Origin: Octopus bimaculoides
Taxonomy: Eukaryota
Length of the DNA: 32,041 bases
Reading direction: 5' to 3'
Assembly: GCF_001194135.2 (NCBI RefSeq)
Contig: NC_068983.1
Location: 90,682,087 to 90,714,127 of the forward strand
Shown: piece by piece, positions 9,293 to 21,397 of the stretch
How the letters are laid out: every line of letters begins with the position of its first letter
Numbering within the stretch: the first letter of the stretch is position 1
The notes under the pieces: model-generated
What the model was told of the DNA's origin: nothing
The model's input: only the letters and a program-made list of their open reading frames with translations
Database searches by the model: none
Translations under genes and position numbers: made by a program

Positions 9293-10718
9293 TTAGGTTG
9301 TCAAGTATGAAATTTGTAGTAAGGTAAACTTTGACAGCTGCTCATTTTGCGCCATTATTATATTTTGACAATATTTTTTGTTAGAAAGCTGACACATTTA
9401 TTTCTTTATTCTAACTCATTTTTCACTTTATAAAGTATTTATAAATCGTTTTTTGCTATATTTGTTTAGAGATAGATAAGTTGGAAATTTGTACAGTTTT
9501 GAAATATGAGTTTTTTCTTGGAAATACAGCATTACAGACAGCTCAGAATATTAACGGAGTATTTCATTCAAATATTATTACACAGCAGACAGTATCAAAT
9601 TGGTTTGCAAAATTTTGTTCTGTTAATTTTGACCTCACAAATGAGCAACGCGGCCAACCAGAAACAAAGGTGGATAATGATGAACTGAAAGCCACCATCG
9701 AGTCAGATCCATCTCAAAGTGCTCATGAGTTATCGTTGTTGTTTGGTGTTAGCAAGCAAACAATATTGACTTACCTAGTTCAAATCGGTTAAGTGAAAAA
9801 GTGAAAGTGGGTTTCACATGAACTCAATGAAAATCAGGAACAGCAATGTTTGGAAACCTGCTTTATGCTATTTTCTCATCACAAAAAGGAATCATTCTTG
9901 AATTGAATTGTAACATGTGATGAGAAATAGATCCAATACAACAACCAGAAATGTTCAGCACAATGGTTGGACAANNNNNNNNNNNNNNNNNNNNNNNNNN
10001 NNNNNNNNNNNNNNNNNNNNNNNNNNNNNNNNNNNNNNNNNNNNNNNNNNNNNNNNNNNNNNNNNNNNNNNNNNNNNNNNNNNNNNNNNNNNNNNNNNNN
10101 NNNNNNNNNNNNNNNNNNNNNNNNNNNNNNNNNNNNNNNNNNNNNNNNNNNNNNNNNNNNNNNNNNNNNNNNNNNNNNNNNNNNNNNNNNNNNNNNNNNN
10201 NNNNNNNNNNNNNNNNNNNNNNNNNNNNNNNNNNNNNNNNNNNNNNNNNNNNNNNNNNNNNNNNNNNNNNNNNNNNNNNNNNNNNNNNNNNNNNNNNNNN
10301 NNNNNNNNNNNNNNNNNNNNNNNNNNNNNNNNNNNNNNNNNNNNNNNNNNNNNNNNNNNNNNNNNNNNNNNNNNNNNNNNNNNNNNNNNNNNNNNNNNNN
10401 NNNNNNNNNNNNNNNNNNNNNNNNNNNNNNNNNNNNNNNNNNNNNNNNNNNNNNNNNNNNNNNNNNNNNNNNNCAGAATTTGGATAACTTTTTGATAGGA
10501 AAAAAATTTAATTATGATGATGCTGTAAAACAAGCCTTCCAAGATTTTACTGACTCTAGATTGCCAGGCTTTTACAGTTCTGGGCTGGACAAGCTACTGC
10601 TGAAATGGCAAAAGTGTACTGACAATATGAGTGCATACTTTGATGAATAAAACTATTCCTTGTATTTATAAAATTTTAGCAAACTTTTCCCTTTCTACAA
10701 ATTTCATACTTGACCTAA
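9293..10718 (+). mobile_element. mariner transposon, degenerate; central part hidden by gap
   Basis: TIRs ttaggt(tgt)caagtatgaaatttgt and acaaatttcatacttgacctaa, flanked by TA at 9291-92 and 10719-20. Translation shows an HTH region, KWVSHEL, IVTCDEK and a C-terminal KLLLKWQKCTDNMSAYFDE. Confidence 0.92.
9975..10473. other. Assembly gap inside mariner
   Basis: N run. Confidence 1.
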
Positions 10719-11017
10719 TACATATATATGTAATACATGCATATATACATACATATGTATGTAATATATGTATACACTCAATTCTCTTTTTGCACGGTTT
10801 AGAAATAACACGGTCTAACAAAAAGAACCTATTTTTTTGCACTATTTTTTTTTAGTTTAACAAAGTTTAAACATCTGTCCTTGTGTGACCACAGAATTTA
10901 TTGCAAGTGGCAAGTAAACATCAATCAATTATAATTTGCAAAACACCAAAACTCTACATAACATGATTAAGTAACAATTTAGTTAAGTAAAATACAATCC
11001 AATCTAATTTTTCCGTA

Positions 11018-12967
11018 TAGTGATACCCCACTCTCCAGTGTGGGTGGGACCTATGCGCTATACATAGCTCTGGCTGCATGTAACAATTCCATGAGACGGC
11101 ATGCAATGGCAGTTGTTAGCATCTGGTCTAATACTAAAGAAGTGTCGGGTGTTTCATCCTCTAATATATTTTTTTATTTGCAATTGTGATAACCCCAAAA
11201 GGTTGGTTGATACATCTAAGAAAAATAAAAGAGCATCAATTTCTTTGGAAACCAAGATCAATATTTTGGATCGTCTTCATAAGGGCAAAAGTGCAGTGTC
11301 TTAGGGAAGAACTTTCTGCCTGAACGAAGCTACGATAAGAACGATCAAAAGGAATGATGTTGCCATTAGAAGATCTATAGCTTTTGGAACAAAATTATCT
11401 GCCAAGTCGTTGTCATATACAAGAGACATGATTCAAGGAAAAATGGAGAAAGCTTTAATAATATGGACAGAAGAAAACAACCACAAAAAGGATACCAAGT
11501 AGATGGTAAAACCATAAAACAGATAGTATTACAATTTTACAAGAAGATTAATGATCTGGAATCATCAAGTGTGTTACATCTGTCTAGTGATAAAAAGAAG
11601 AATGAATTTGCTGCAAGTATGGGATGGTTTACAAAATTCCTTGAAAGACATAATATAAAAATGAGAGGTGAAATTTCACTGTTGCTGAAGAATTTCTTCC
11701 AAAACTAGCCAAAATAATTGAAGAAGGTGGTTACATTTCAGACCAAGTTTTCAATGCAGATGAAACTGGTCTTTTTGGAAAAAAATGTCAAACAGAACAT
11801 ATATAGCAAAATCAGAGAAAAGTGCCAGTGGTTTTAAGGTAGCTAAAGACCGTGTAACTTTCTTGTTATGTAGCAACGCTTCAGAAGATTGTTTGTTAAA
11901 ATTGTTATTAATTAATCAATCAGTTCGTCTGCATGCAATGAAAGGCGTAGACTTAAGTAAATTACCAGTTCAGTGGAGAGCCAATAAAAAATCATGGATG
12001 ACAACAGAAATATTTACTGAATGGTATAACAACTACTTCGTTTCTAAAGTAAGAAGATATATGGAAGATAAAAGTCTTGAGTTTAAAGTCCTTTAACTTA
12101 TAGACAATGCAGCCGGTCATCTAGATTTGGAACACCTGAATGTAAAAGTCATATTCTTGCCACCTAATACAACATCGCTGATTCAACCACTTGATCAGGG
12201 TATAATTTCAACATTCAAATAATATTATAACCAGCGAACATTTGAGTATATTATAGATGGTACACTTTAAATCATGGAAAAAATTTACTACAATTAATAA
12301 TGTTAAATATGCTGCCCTGGCTTTATCCAAATTAAAGCCATACACCCTAAATGCATGCTGGAGATCACTTTGGCCAGAATGTGTAAAGCCTAAAAATCTC
12401 ATACCTAGTATAAATACGAACGAATTACATTCTGATATCATCACTTTGTCACATCAGATTGGTAGAGAAGGTTTTGAAGAATTAACAATTGAAGATATTG
12501 CAGAATTAACAACTGATGAAGCTCCTAATGAAGAACAAATTATAGAGAGTATTTCAGAGAATGTATGTGATTTCAGGTTAGTGGAACTACTTCTTCATCA
12601 TCACTACTATAAACTATATGGAAGTACAATTCTAGAAGGCCTCCAAATAGCCAATAAACTTGGAAACCATTTTCTTACAAATGATAACTATGTTGAACAA
12701 GCTGTGCAACTCCAATGTGATTTGAAAATGACTATGGCATATTATGAAGAATCATATAAAGAACTAACAAAAACAAAATCACAGTGTCTGATAACCAAAT
12801 TTGTATTCAAAACCAGTGAAACAAAAGAAACACAAGGCATTAATTTTATTCAAGATACACATGGAGATATATTGCCATTAAATATTTCCAGTGATGAGAG
12901 AGATTTTGTGCCACTGAAAACCAACAAAGCGAGCACGTTTACTATCTAGTAGTGACACTGAATGACT

Positions 12968-12985
<18 letters not shown>
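11018..12985 (+). mobile_element. Tigger/pogo-family DNA transposon, degenerate, 3' TIR not seen
   Basis: CENP-B-like HTH (RASISLETKINILDRLHKG, EFAASMGWFTKF) and DDD motifs VFNADETG, LIDNAAGH, SLIQPLDQGII across frameshifts. TA + (c>t)AGTGATACC is the likely 5' end. Confidence 0.9.
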
Positions 12986-13001
<16 letters not shown>

Positions 13002-13053
13002 CGTATGTATAAATAAAAAATTCAGTTTATTTGTATATACAAACATACATATG

Positions 13054-13087
<34 letters not shown>

Positions 13088-13088
<1 letters not shown>

Positions 13089-13135
13089 ATTTGTTTCAGT
13101 CATTTCACTGCAGCCATGTTGGAGCACCGCCTTTA
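13088..13135 (-). mobile_element. SINE family A, 3' tail fragment
   Basis: tttcagtcatttcactgcagccatgttggagcaccgcc matches the tail of the full copy at 29162-29570. Confidence 0.75.
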
Positions 13136-13214
13136 TATGTATAGAAAGTCTTTTTCATTTTCCTGAGCATCAAACTAATACACCTGCTTGTTGCTCATAC
13201 CTGTCTTTGTCTTT

Positions 13215-13579
13215 NNNNNNNNNNNNNNNNNNNNNNNNNNNNNNNNNNNNNNNNNNNNNNNNNNNNNNNNNNNNNNNNNNNNNNNNNNNNNNNNNNNNNN
13301 NNNNNNNNNNNNNNNNNNNNNNNNNNNNNNNNNNNNNNNNNNNNNNNNNNNNNNNNNNNNNNNNNNNNNNNNNNNNNNNNNNNNNNNNNNNNNNNNNNNN
13401 NNNNNNNNNNNNNNNNNNNNNNNNNNNNNNNNNNNNNNNNNNNNNNNNNNNNNNNNNNNNNNNNNNNNNNNNNNNNNNNNNNNNNNNNNNNNNNNNNNNN
13501 NNNNNNNNNNNNNNNNNNNNNNNNNNNNNNNNNNNNNNNNNNNNNNNNNNNNNNNNNNNNNNNNNNNNNNNNNNNNNNN
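13215..13579. other. Assembly gap
   Basis: N run. Confidence 1.
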
Positions 13580-13597
13580 TATATATATATATATATA

Positions 13598-13806
13598 GCC
13601 GTTGCCAGTGCCTGACTGGCCTTCATGCTGGTGGCACGTAAAAGCACCCACTACACTCTCGGAGTGGTTGGCGTTAGGAAGGGCATCCACCTGTAGAAAC
13701 TCTGCCAAATCAGATTGGAGCCTGGTGTAGCCATTTGGTTTCACCAGTCCTCAGTCAAATTGTCCAAACCCATGCTAGCATGGAAAGCGGACGTTAAACG
13801 ATGATA
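13598..13806 (+). mobile_element. Heavily 5'-truncated RTE LINE (3' UTR only)
   Basis: Reverse complement of ~29670-29875; ends acgttaaacgatgat. Confidence 0.85.
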
Positions 13807-13839
13807 TATATATACATATGTATGTGTGTGTGTATATGT

Positions 13840-14030
13840 TGGTGTGTCTGTGTTTGTCCTCTCTAACATTGCTTGACAATTGATGCTGGTGTGTTTATGT
13901 CCCGTAACCTAGCGGTTTGGCAAAAGAAACAGATAGAATAAGTACTAGGCTTACATAGAATAAGTCCTGGGGTCAATTTGCTCAACTAAAGGCGGTGCTC
14001 TGGCATGGCTGCAGTCAGATGTAAAAGAAT
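13840..14030 (+). mobile_element. SINE family A, 3' half
   Basis: gtgtttgtcc..gcttgacaa..cttagcggt-like..gatagaataagtactagg..catggctgcagtc; matches the 29162-29570 copy in reverse. Confidence 0.85.
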
Positions 14031-14084
14031 ATATACATACATATGAAATATATGTACACACATATATACATGCACACACACATA

Positions 14085-14242
14085 TACTCTTTTATTTGTT
14101 TCAATCATTTGACCGTGGCCATGCTGGAGCACCACCTTTATTCGAACAAATCAACCCCAGAACTTATTCTTTGTAATCCTAGTACTTATTCTATCGGTCT
14201 CTTTTGCCAAACTGTAAGTTACAAGGACAAACACAGACACAG

Positions 14243-14248
<6 letters not shown>
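14085..14248 (-). mobile_element. SINE family A, 3' half with internal deletion
   Basis: Same family as above, opposite orientation. Confidence 0.8.
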
Positions 14249-14275
<27 letters not shown>

Positions 14276-14669
14276 NNNNNNNNNNNNNNNNNNNNNNNNN
14301 NNNNNNNNNNNNNNNNNNNNNNNNNNNNNNNNNNNNNNNNNNNNNNNNNNNNNNNNNNNNNNNNNNNNNNNNNNNNNNNNNNNNNNNNNNNNNNNNNNNN
14401 NNNNNNNNNNNNNNNNNNNNNNNNNNNNNNNNNNNNNNNNNNNNNNNNNNNNNNNNNNNNNNNNNNNNNNNNNNNNNNNNNNNNNNNNNNNNNNNNNNNN
14501 NNNNNNNNNNNNNNNNNNNNNNNNNNNNNNNNNNNNNNNNNNNNNNNNNNNNNNNNNNNNNNNNNNNNNNNNNNNNNNNNNNNNNNNNNNNNNNNNNNNN
14601 NNNNNNNNNNNNNNNNNNNNNNNNNNNNNNNNNNNNNNNNNNNNNNNNNNNNNNNNNNNNNNNNNNNNN
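14276..14669. other. Assembly gap (start approximate)
   Basis: N run. Confidence 0.95.
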
Positions 14670-15042
14670 GGTCTTGGGTGGGTATGGGTTGGTGTGTCTG
14701 TATGTATGGAGATACACATCCATACATACACAGTACATAGTCACAAAAACCCATACACACACACAGACATGCACACACAAGAGACAGAGGTACACACACA
14801 CATGCATAAAAACACAAACACGAACACACAAACACATGAATATGCTGAATACATACATATATACATACACATATATACATACATATACATACACATACAT
14901 ATATACATACATATATACATACACATATATACATACACTTACATGTATGCATACATACATACATGTGTATGCACACACACACACTGACCCACACATGTGC
15001 ACAAACGAACAAAAAGAATGCAGCTTGAAAAACAGAGTCAAC

Positions 15043-15517
15043 AACTATTGAAAAGGTTGCAAGACGCAATAAAAATTATAGAAAAATAAATAAGTAAATG
15101 AGTGGAAATTTTACCGGTGAGTGTGTTAAATTATAAGGTACTAAAAGAGAATGACTCTCCCCAGACAAAACAAAATATGCTTGAACACACGAACTCACAT
15201 AAAGAATCTTGGAAACCAAATCCCCAAAACGAAATATATATATATATAATAACATAAATAATATATAAATATATGCATATATCCATACATATATGTACAT
15301 ACCTACATCTATATGTATACATACATGCATATATGGGTACAGGACATCACAAAAACGTTAAACACAATGAGAAACGAAAACATAAAGACGAAGACAGAAA
15401 ACAAACTTTTTTTCAGACAATGAAAAAAAACAGAGAAACGAGACATGCAACATAAAGAATATTTCCCTTCTTCAGTTGTCCCTGTTCCATCTACTCCACA
15501 TTTCAAAGGCAAGGACA
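15043..15517 (-). mobile_element. Second non-coding element: hammerhead-like motif, T-rich tract, (TA)n, shared terminal module
   Basis: 15043-15240 matches 6575-6772 in reverse. The minus strand at 15517-15465 reads TGTCCT-TG-CCTTT-GAAA...AGGGACAA-CTGAAGA-AGGG. Confidence 0.65.
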
Positions 15518-15643
15518 TAGAAATAAATAGAGATGCACACACTATATGAACATACATATAATTATGTGTATACACATATGTGAAATGAAATCCTAATTTG
15601 TGAAGTTTGAATTAAAATAAATTGCATAAATGGAATGCAAAAG

Positions 15644-15836
15644 CAAAGTAGACCGAGGAAAAGATGGAGGGGACAGCTGGAGAAGGAGATTGGGAAGGTT
15701 GGCTTGAAAAAGGAGGATGCCCAAAACTAGGTGAGATGGTGTGAGGGGGTTGCTATGGCATTGAGGTAGATCCAGCCACCCCTGTTATCGGGTACAAAAC
15801 CCAGATTTAAAACACTGAATGATGATGAAACATACA
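15644..15836 (+). mobile_element. RTE-type LINE 3' end (different family from 29661-31553)
   Basis: RPRKRWRDQLEKEIGKVGLKKEDA-like C-terminus, short UTR and (GAT)n tail. Confidence 0.7.
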
Positions 15837-16128
15837 GCCACAGAGATACAGTCATATATATATATATATATATAGACATACACATGTGTACACATGTATG
15901 CACACAATTATACATACATACTCACAGACATTCACACCTACACATAATACATATATGCATACACATTATGTGCATGTCTACGAGTATGTGTATTTATGTG
16001 TGCATAAATTAGACGAAGTATTCTATGTACAAGGCATAGTATTTGATAAATATTTGACATTTTAAAGAAGATATTAAAAAATATTTTAGAAACAGTTCAA
16101 ATTGTTCTTGATTCTTCAATAAACTGCC

Positions 16129-16134
16129 TTTATT
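16129..16134 (-). promoter_or_regulatory. Candidate polyadenylation signal of the TESK gene
   Basis: AATAAA on the minus strand ~620 nt past the stop, with a U/GU-rich stretch downstream. Another AATAAA at 16312-16317. Weak evidence in AT-rich DNA. Confidence 0.3.
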
Positions 16135-16757
16135 GTAATTCTAAGCAATTCCTACATAAAATCACTTTGCAGAACTTAAATAATACAATTACAGTGTTTG
16201 ATATTCCAAAACATTCAAAATAAAATAAAATGGTAAAAAATAATTTTAAAATTTATCTGCTTTATATTCAGAATACTATTTGTATTACTGTAATAAAACA
16301 ATAGAATTTCGTTTATTATTCTGTTGAAACTTTGAGTTATTAGTGTAAAAAGATCAAAGAGAATTTAATCAAAATATCTAAGTGCCGCTATCTATACAGC
16401 TAATGAGAAGTTTATCCATGACATGGCCAAAATTCACCAATATATATATATATATTTTTTAACATGATATTTTATAACAAGAAACATCATAATATATTTT
16501 AAACCAAAAAAGAGATTTTTAAAAAATATAACAAGTAGTAAAATAATGAAGTAAAAAATGATTTCTTACAATAATAATAATGATGGCAATAATTGTAATC
16601 TCAACCATAATTATTATTTGAAATATTTCTTCAAATTTTAACAGTTATTAATTTAAATATATTTTATGAAGGAAAAGAAAAATAGCCCCTGCTAACTTTG
16701 TGTTTCGTTAACAATGGCAACAATAACAGAAACAAGAACTGAAAATAGACCTTGGTG

Positions 16758-17722
16758 CTATTTACCAGGTGTTGTAACATTCATGGCTCTGTAGGAAGTG
16801 TTTTCTTTTAATGTTATAACAGAACTTGTTGATTCTGTGCTACTTTGGCTAGTATTATACAAATACTCATGACGGCAAAGAGGTAATGTATCACTTGTCT
16901 TTGATTCAGTCAAATTAGAAAAGGAGTCTGAAGGAGAAATACATGTGTCAAAGGAATCTTCTGGAGAACGCAATGGGCTTATATCTTCAAAACTGTCAGG
17001 AGAATAAGGTGAGGATTTATGATCTGCTCTATCAAGTGATACAGTTGCTGGTGCAGTTTTTTCATTACACAAACTAGTAAAAAGCAATGAACTCTCAACA
17101 CTGTGTTGCTTTGACCGGAAAGCTTTTCTTCGTGATGCTACCCTGCTTTGTGGACTTTCTGTTGGATTATTAGATTTGGCATTGTTCTCTTTTATAGAAT
17201 GATCTGAGACCTGTACATCTTTGTTGGCAGTAAAGCGATTCATATGTGTATTACAAAAAAACTCTCCCAGATTGGATAAAATGTCTAAAGGAAAGTCAAT
17301 GTTACGTTGTTGAGATGTGCTTCCATGAATAGACTCTTGATGAAAACGTTCTGCAGCCTGACGAAGAAGCACTGGAGATCCAGGCAATGACTGACACTTG
17401 CGTCTTCCTAATGGACGTTTGTTGCGAGGATAACAGTCTGGAGTTATTGGTGTACAGGGAGGTGTGAATGGTGAAGATGGTGATGGCAGGTCAAATGATA
17501 AATTCATGTCTCTGTGAACTCCTAGAACTTTCTTACCATCACAGAATTTGTTTAACATAGTAAATGGGTTTGAACGAGCAGGGATGTAAAATGGATCAGC
17601 TTCACTCATAGTTTGACCAATGACTTTAGCAGTCATTGTAGGATCATCATCCATTGAAGACCAATTGCAAGAATCTAAGATATTGTCTTCAGATCGAGAC
17701 CTCTTACAAGATGTTTTAGAAT
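16758..17722 (-). CDS. TESK2: TESK-family kinase, probable last coding exon (Ser/Pro-rich tail)
   Basis: Acceptor ttgcag at 17723-17728; its phase-1 start completes the previous exon (KDNK-N-SKTSCKRSRSEDNIL). Open to TAG at 16758-60. Contains DPFYIP..NPF and RRKCQSLPGSP, resembling TESK/cdi tail motifs. Confidence 0.85.
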
Positions 17723-18102
17723 CTGCAATATAGATTTTACAAAATTTAACAATGGCTTTTTTCTGTTTTTCATTTTTGCATATATTTCTTAGTTACTATT
17801 CTATAATTTCATATACTAGTGGCAATCAGGACTGGTGTTTTATAGATAGAATTTCATAGCATTAAACTACTCAACCATTAAAATGGATAGTACCTATTTT
17901 TCAGCTAAGATGACTGAAGCAAGCAGAATGATCTTATCTTGCAGTCAATTTTTCATTATTATCCAAAGTGACAAGTATGTGTGTTGGTTGTGGTATGTTA
18001 TATAAAACTTAAACTTATTGTAATATCTCTGTGCAACTGTTTACTGGTTGCATACTCAAGACTTTTTCACATTCCATTGGCAAATTATGAACATTATTTC
18101 GT

Positions 18103-18306
18103 TTATTCTTTTACTTGTTTCAGTCATTTGACTGTGGCCATGCCGGAGCACAGCCTTTTAGTCGAACAAATCGACCCTGAGACTTATTTTTTGTAAGCCT
18201 AGTACTTATTCTATTGATCACTTTTGCTGAACCGCTAAATCATGAGGACGTAAACACACCAACATCGGTTGTCAAGCGATGGTGGGGGACAAAGACAGAC
18301 ACAGAA

Positions 18307-18337
<31 letters not shown>

Positions 18338-18500
18338 GGACAGGCTTCTTTCAGTTTCGATCTACCAAATCCACTCACAAGGCGTTGGTTGGCCCAAGGC
18401 TATAGTAGAAGACACTTACCCGAGGTGCCACACAGTGGGACTGAACCCAGAAACATGTGGTTGGGAAGCAAGCTTCTTACCACACAACCACTCCTGCACC
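18103..18500 (-). mobile_element. tRNA-derived SINE family A, full length
   Basis: A-box-like tggttgtgtgg, B-box ggttcagtccc, central ttgggtaagtgtcttc, internal microsatellite and conserved tail. Confidence 0.88.
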
Positions 18501-18634
18501 TATATGGTTATTATTTAGCTCCAAGCTTCCTGAAACAGCTGTCAAGTTAAAAATTATGTACTCTCTTTTTAGTATTCTGTATTTTTTTGCACTTTATGCA
18601 AATACATTTATATATATATATATGTATATATTAT

Positions 18635-19015
18635 AGGTACAGGCATGGCTGTGTGGTAAGAAGTCTGTTTCCCAACTATATGTATCCAGGTTCAGTCTCA
18701 CTGCATGGCACCTTGGGCAAGTGTCTTCAACTATAGCCTAGAGTTGACCAAACCTTGTAATTGAATTTGGTAGTCGGAAATTGAAAAGAGCCCATTGTAC
18801 ATACGTGTATATATCTATGTATGTCTGTCTTTGTGTAGGCGTTTGTCCCCCACCACTGCTTGACAACCAAAGTGACAAGTATGTGTGTTGGTTGTGGTAT
18901 GTTATATAAAACTCAAACTTATTGTAATACCAGGCTTTACGAAAAAATAAGTACTGGGGTCAATAAGTCCAACTACAATTCTCCAAAGCAGTGCCCCTAA
19001 AACAAGATAAAAGAA
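18635..19015 (+). mobile_element. tRNA-derived SINE family A carrying a foreign ~61 bp replacement
   Basis: tggctgtgtgg...ggttcagtctc...ccttgggcaagtgtcttc; 18869-18929 is non-SINE sequence copied from 17965-18025. Confidence 0.88.
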
Positions 19016-19056
19016 AAAAGTGTGTTTATCTTTCTGAACATACATATATATGTATA

Positions 19057-20550
19057 CACCCAGAACCGCGCTAATAGCTTAGGAGTGAAATTTAGGATTT
19101 CTTGGTTTTCTGTGATTTCTCGATTTTGATGAAACTTTTCCCAGCTGGTTTGCACACTATTTTTATGTTTTCATTATTCTGTGTAACGTCCTTTCCTTTT
19201 TATTTCAGATTTTTTAGTTTTTGGGCGAACCATGTTAATAGCATCTCTCCTCTGTAAGAACAGTGAGGAAAGGCCTTAACGATGAAGAGAAGTCTGTCAT
19301 CATCAACGTAGGTGTTAAAGGCACCTCTCTTCATGTCATTGCAGAGAATTTAGGTTGTCATATGGACACAGCCAGATGATTCCTTCACCAAGGAAGAAAT
19401 GATCTGATTGTGGGACCTCCAAGATTGTGACAGCTAGGGATTTAAGGAATGTTGGTCGCAAGTTATGTGGAAAAACTGGACAAATAAGCAAACCCATTTT
19501 CACAGCCTCTGGACTTTCTCATGTACAGGAAACCACCAGAAATTGCATCCTCGGGACCATGGTTTCTGTGTGAAAACTCCTGAAATTTCCTCCTCCTTAA
19601 CACCCAGTCACAGGAGTTGGGGCTTCAATGAGTCCAAAGTACATGACGTTAGACATGAGTTGTGTTCTGTTCACTGAAGAAAGCAGGGCAACTTTTGATG
19701 GGCCTGATGTTTGGGTCTATTTTGGAGATGAGTATCACCAACATTTACAATGTCAACAACAGGGTGGAGGAGTCATGTTGTGGGCTGGTATCATTGGAGA
19801 CAGACTTGTTGGCTCAGTCAGGGTGTCTGAAAGAGTTAAAGTGACTGCAGCCGCCTACTGCAATCTCCTGAAGGAGGTCTTGAATCTCTGGTTAGAGGAC
19901 ATACTGCTGTCACTTCTAAGGAATATCATATTCATGCACAATAACACTCCCTCCCACTTTGCTAGGACAACCCAAACATTACTAGAGTCTTAGGGCATAC
20001 AAGATGAAAGGTTGATGGCATGGCCACCAGCATCTCCAGATCTCAACCCTATCAAAAATCTTTGGTCTATCATTAAACAAGATATTTATACCGATGGACA
20101 CCAATTTATGTCAAAAGATGTCTTATGGGTGATTATCAAAGCTGCAGCAGAGGCAGTCCAACTTGCTAGATTCCATATCTAATAGGGTTTTTGAAGTTAT
20201 CCATCGGAATGGTGGTCATGTGGCTAAATAATTCATAATGCCAATAAATGTCATAATGTTATCATGGTTTTCTGTTAAATATATACTCAATGATACATAT
20301 TACCCTTCATTTTCTGAAAAAAAAAATGTCTAGATGGGTTATTTTCTTACAAAAGTTATTAGCGTGGTTCACCTAAAAAACTGAAGAATCTAAAATATAA
20401 AAGAAAGGACGTTACACAGAATAATGAAAACATAACAAAGGTGTCGCCATTGTGTGTAAACCAGCTGGGAAAAGTCTTATCAAAATCGATTCTCAGAAAA
20501 CCAAGAAATCCTAAATTTCACTCCTAAAGTTATTAGCGTGGTTTTGGGTG
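19057..20550 (+). mobile_element. Tc1-like transposon of DD37E (TRT) type with ~190 bp IR/DR inverted repeats
   Basis: TA at 19055-56 and 20551-52; TIRs 19057-19242 and 20355-20550. Protein remnants: VLFTEESRATFDGPD, QQGGGVMLWAGII, IIFMHNNTPSH, MAWPPASPDLNPIKNLWSIIKQ. There are 37 residues between the second and third catalytic positions. Confidence 0.88.
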
Positions 20551-21294
20551 TATACATATGTCAAACCTAATTGCGTTTATCTGCATCACTACCCCCATAT
20601 CAGCTCACCTTGGATTTCTCTTATAGCCATAGACCTAGTCCTGGATGATGAATTCAGGGTTCAAATTAATTTGAGGGGTAAAATAGAACTCAAAATATGA
20701 GTATATGTATACTTTTACTAATATTTAGCACAAGCAACAGAGTGACTCAAGGTTCAAGAGCTTCTTGTGTTGGCATATATATAAATCATGATCTAGATGT
20801 TTTCTATGCTCATGAAATTCTATGTAATGTGGAGCTGAGTAAACTTATTAATATATAATTCCTGAAGCATTCTAACATTTTGAATCAACAAAATGCAGCT
20901 AACTACAGTTCACACACATATAAGAGAAGTTGAAGGAAAAATATTTTTGACCCATTTGACTGTCATCAATTATATGCATCCTTAATACAAATTGTATTAA
21001 AAAAGCTATTACTTTCACCTGCTGTGTGTGTATTTACTAGCATCAATTTTTAAAGTATTACATATAATATTGTGTGTGTCTGTACACACATATACACACT
21101 CAAATTTATATAACTTCCTTCATGAAACTGACAAACAGCTACCACTTCCTATATGTGTAATTGACATCAGAAAGATTATCTAGCTCTACAAAGGATAATC
21201 ACACCAACAAAAGTTATCTCACTCATATTGAATATTGAATGAGAAATAATAAAAAAGAAAAAAGCAATATATGTTATGCTTATCAGACTCTTAC

Positions 21295-21397
21295 TTTTGT
21301 TATCTTTTCCAGAATTCCCAGGATTATTTAGAAAATGTCGCATCTGCAGCAAACATTCTACATTGTTAGCAAATGTTGGTCGTTTCAGAGGGTCAAT
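21295..21397 (-). CDS. TESK2: TESK-family kinase exon (end of subdomain XI)
   Basis: ttttag|IDPLKRPTFANNVECLLQMRHFLNNPGNSGKDNK+1 nt|gtaaga; 103 bp, phase 0 to 1. Confidence 0.9.

Noticed and set aside
6741-15069. Long ORF-track entries at 6741-7221, 9917-10650, 13175-13744 and 14043-15069
   Set aside because: They run through N gaps or (TA)/(CA) microsatellites (YIYI, HTHT translations); only the mariner C-terminus at 10474-10650 is real coding remnant.
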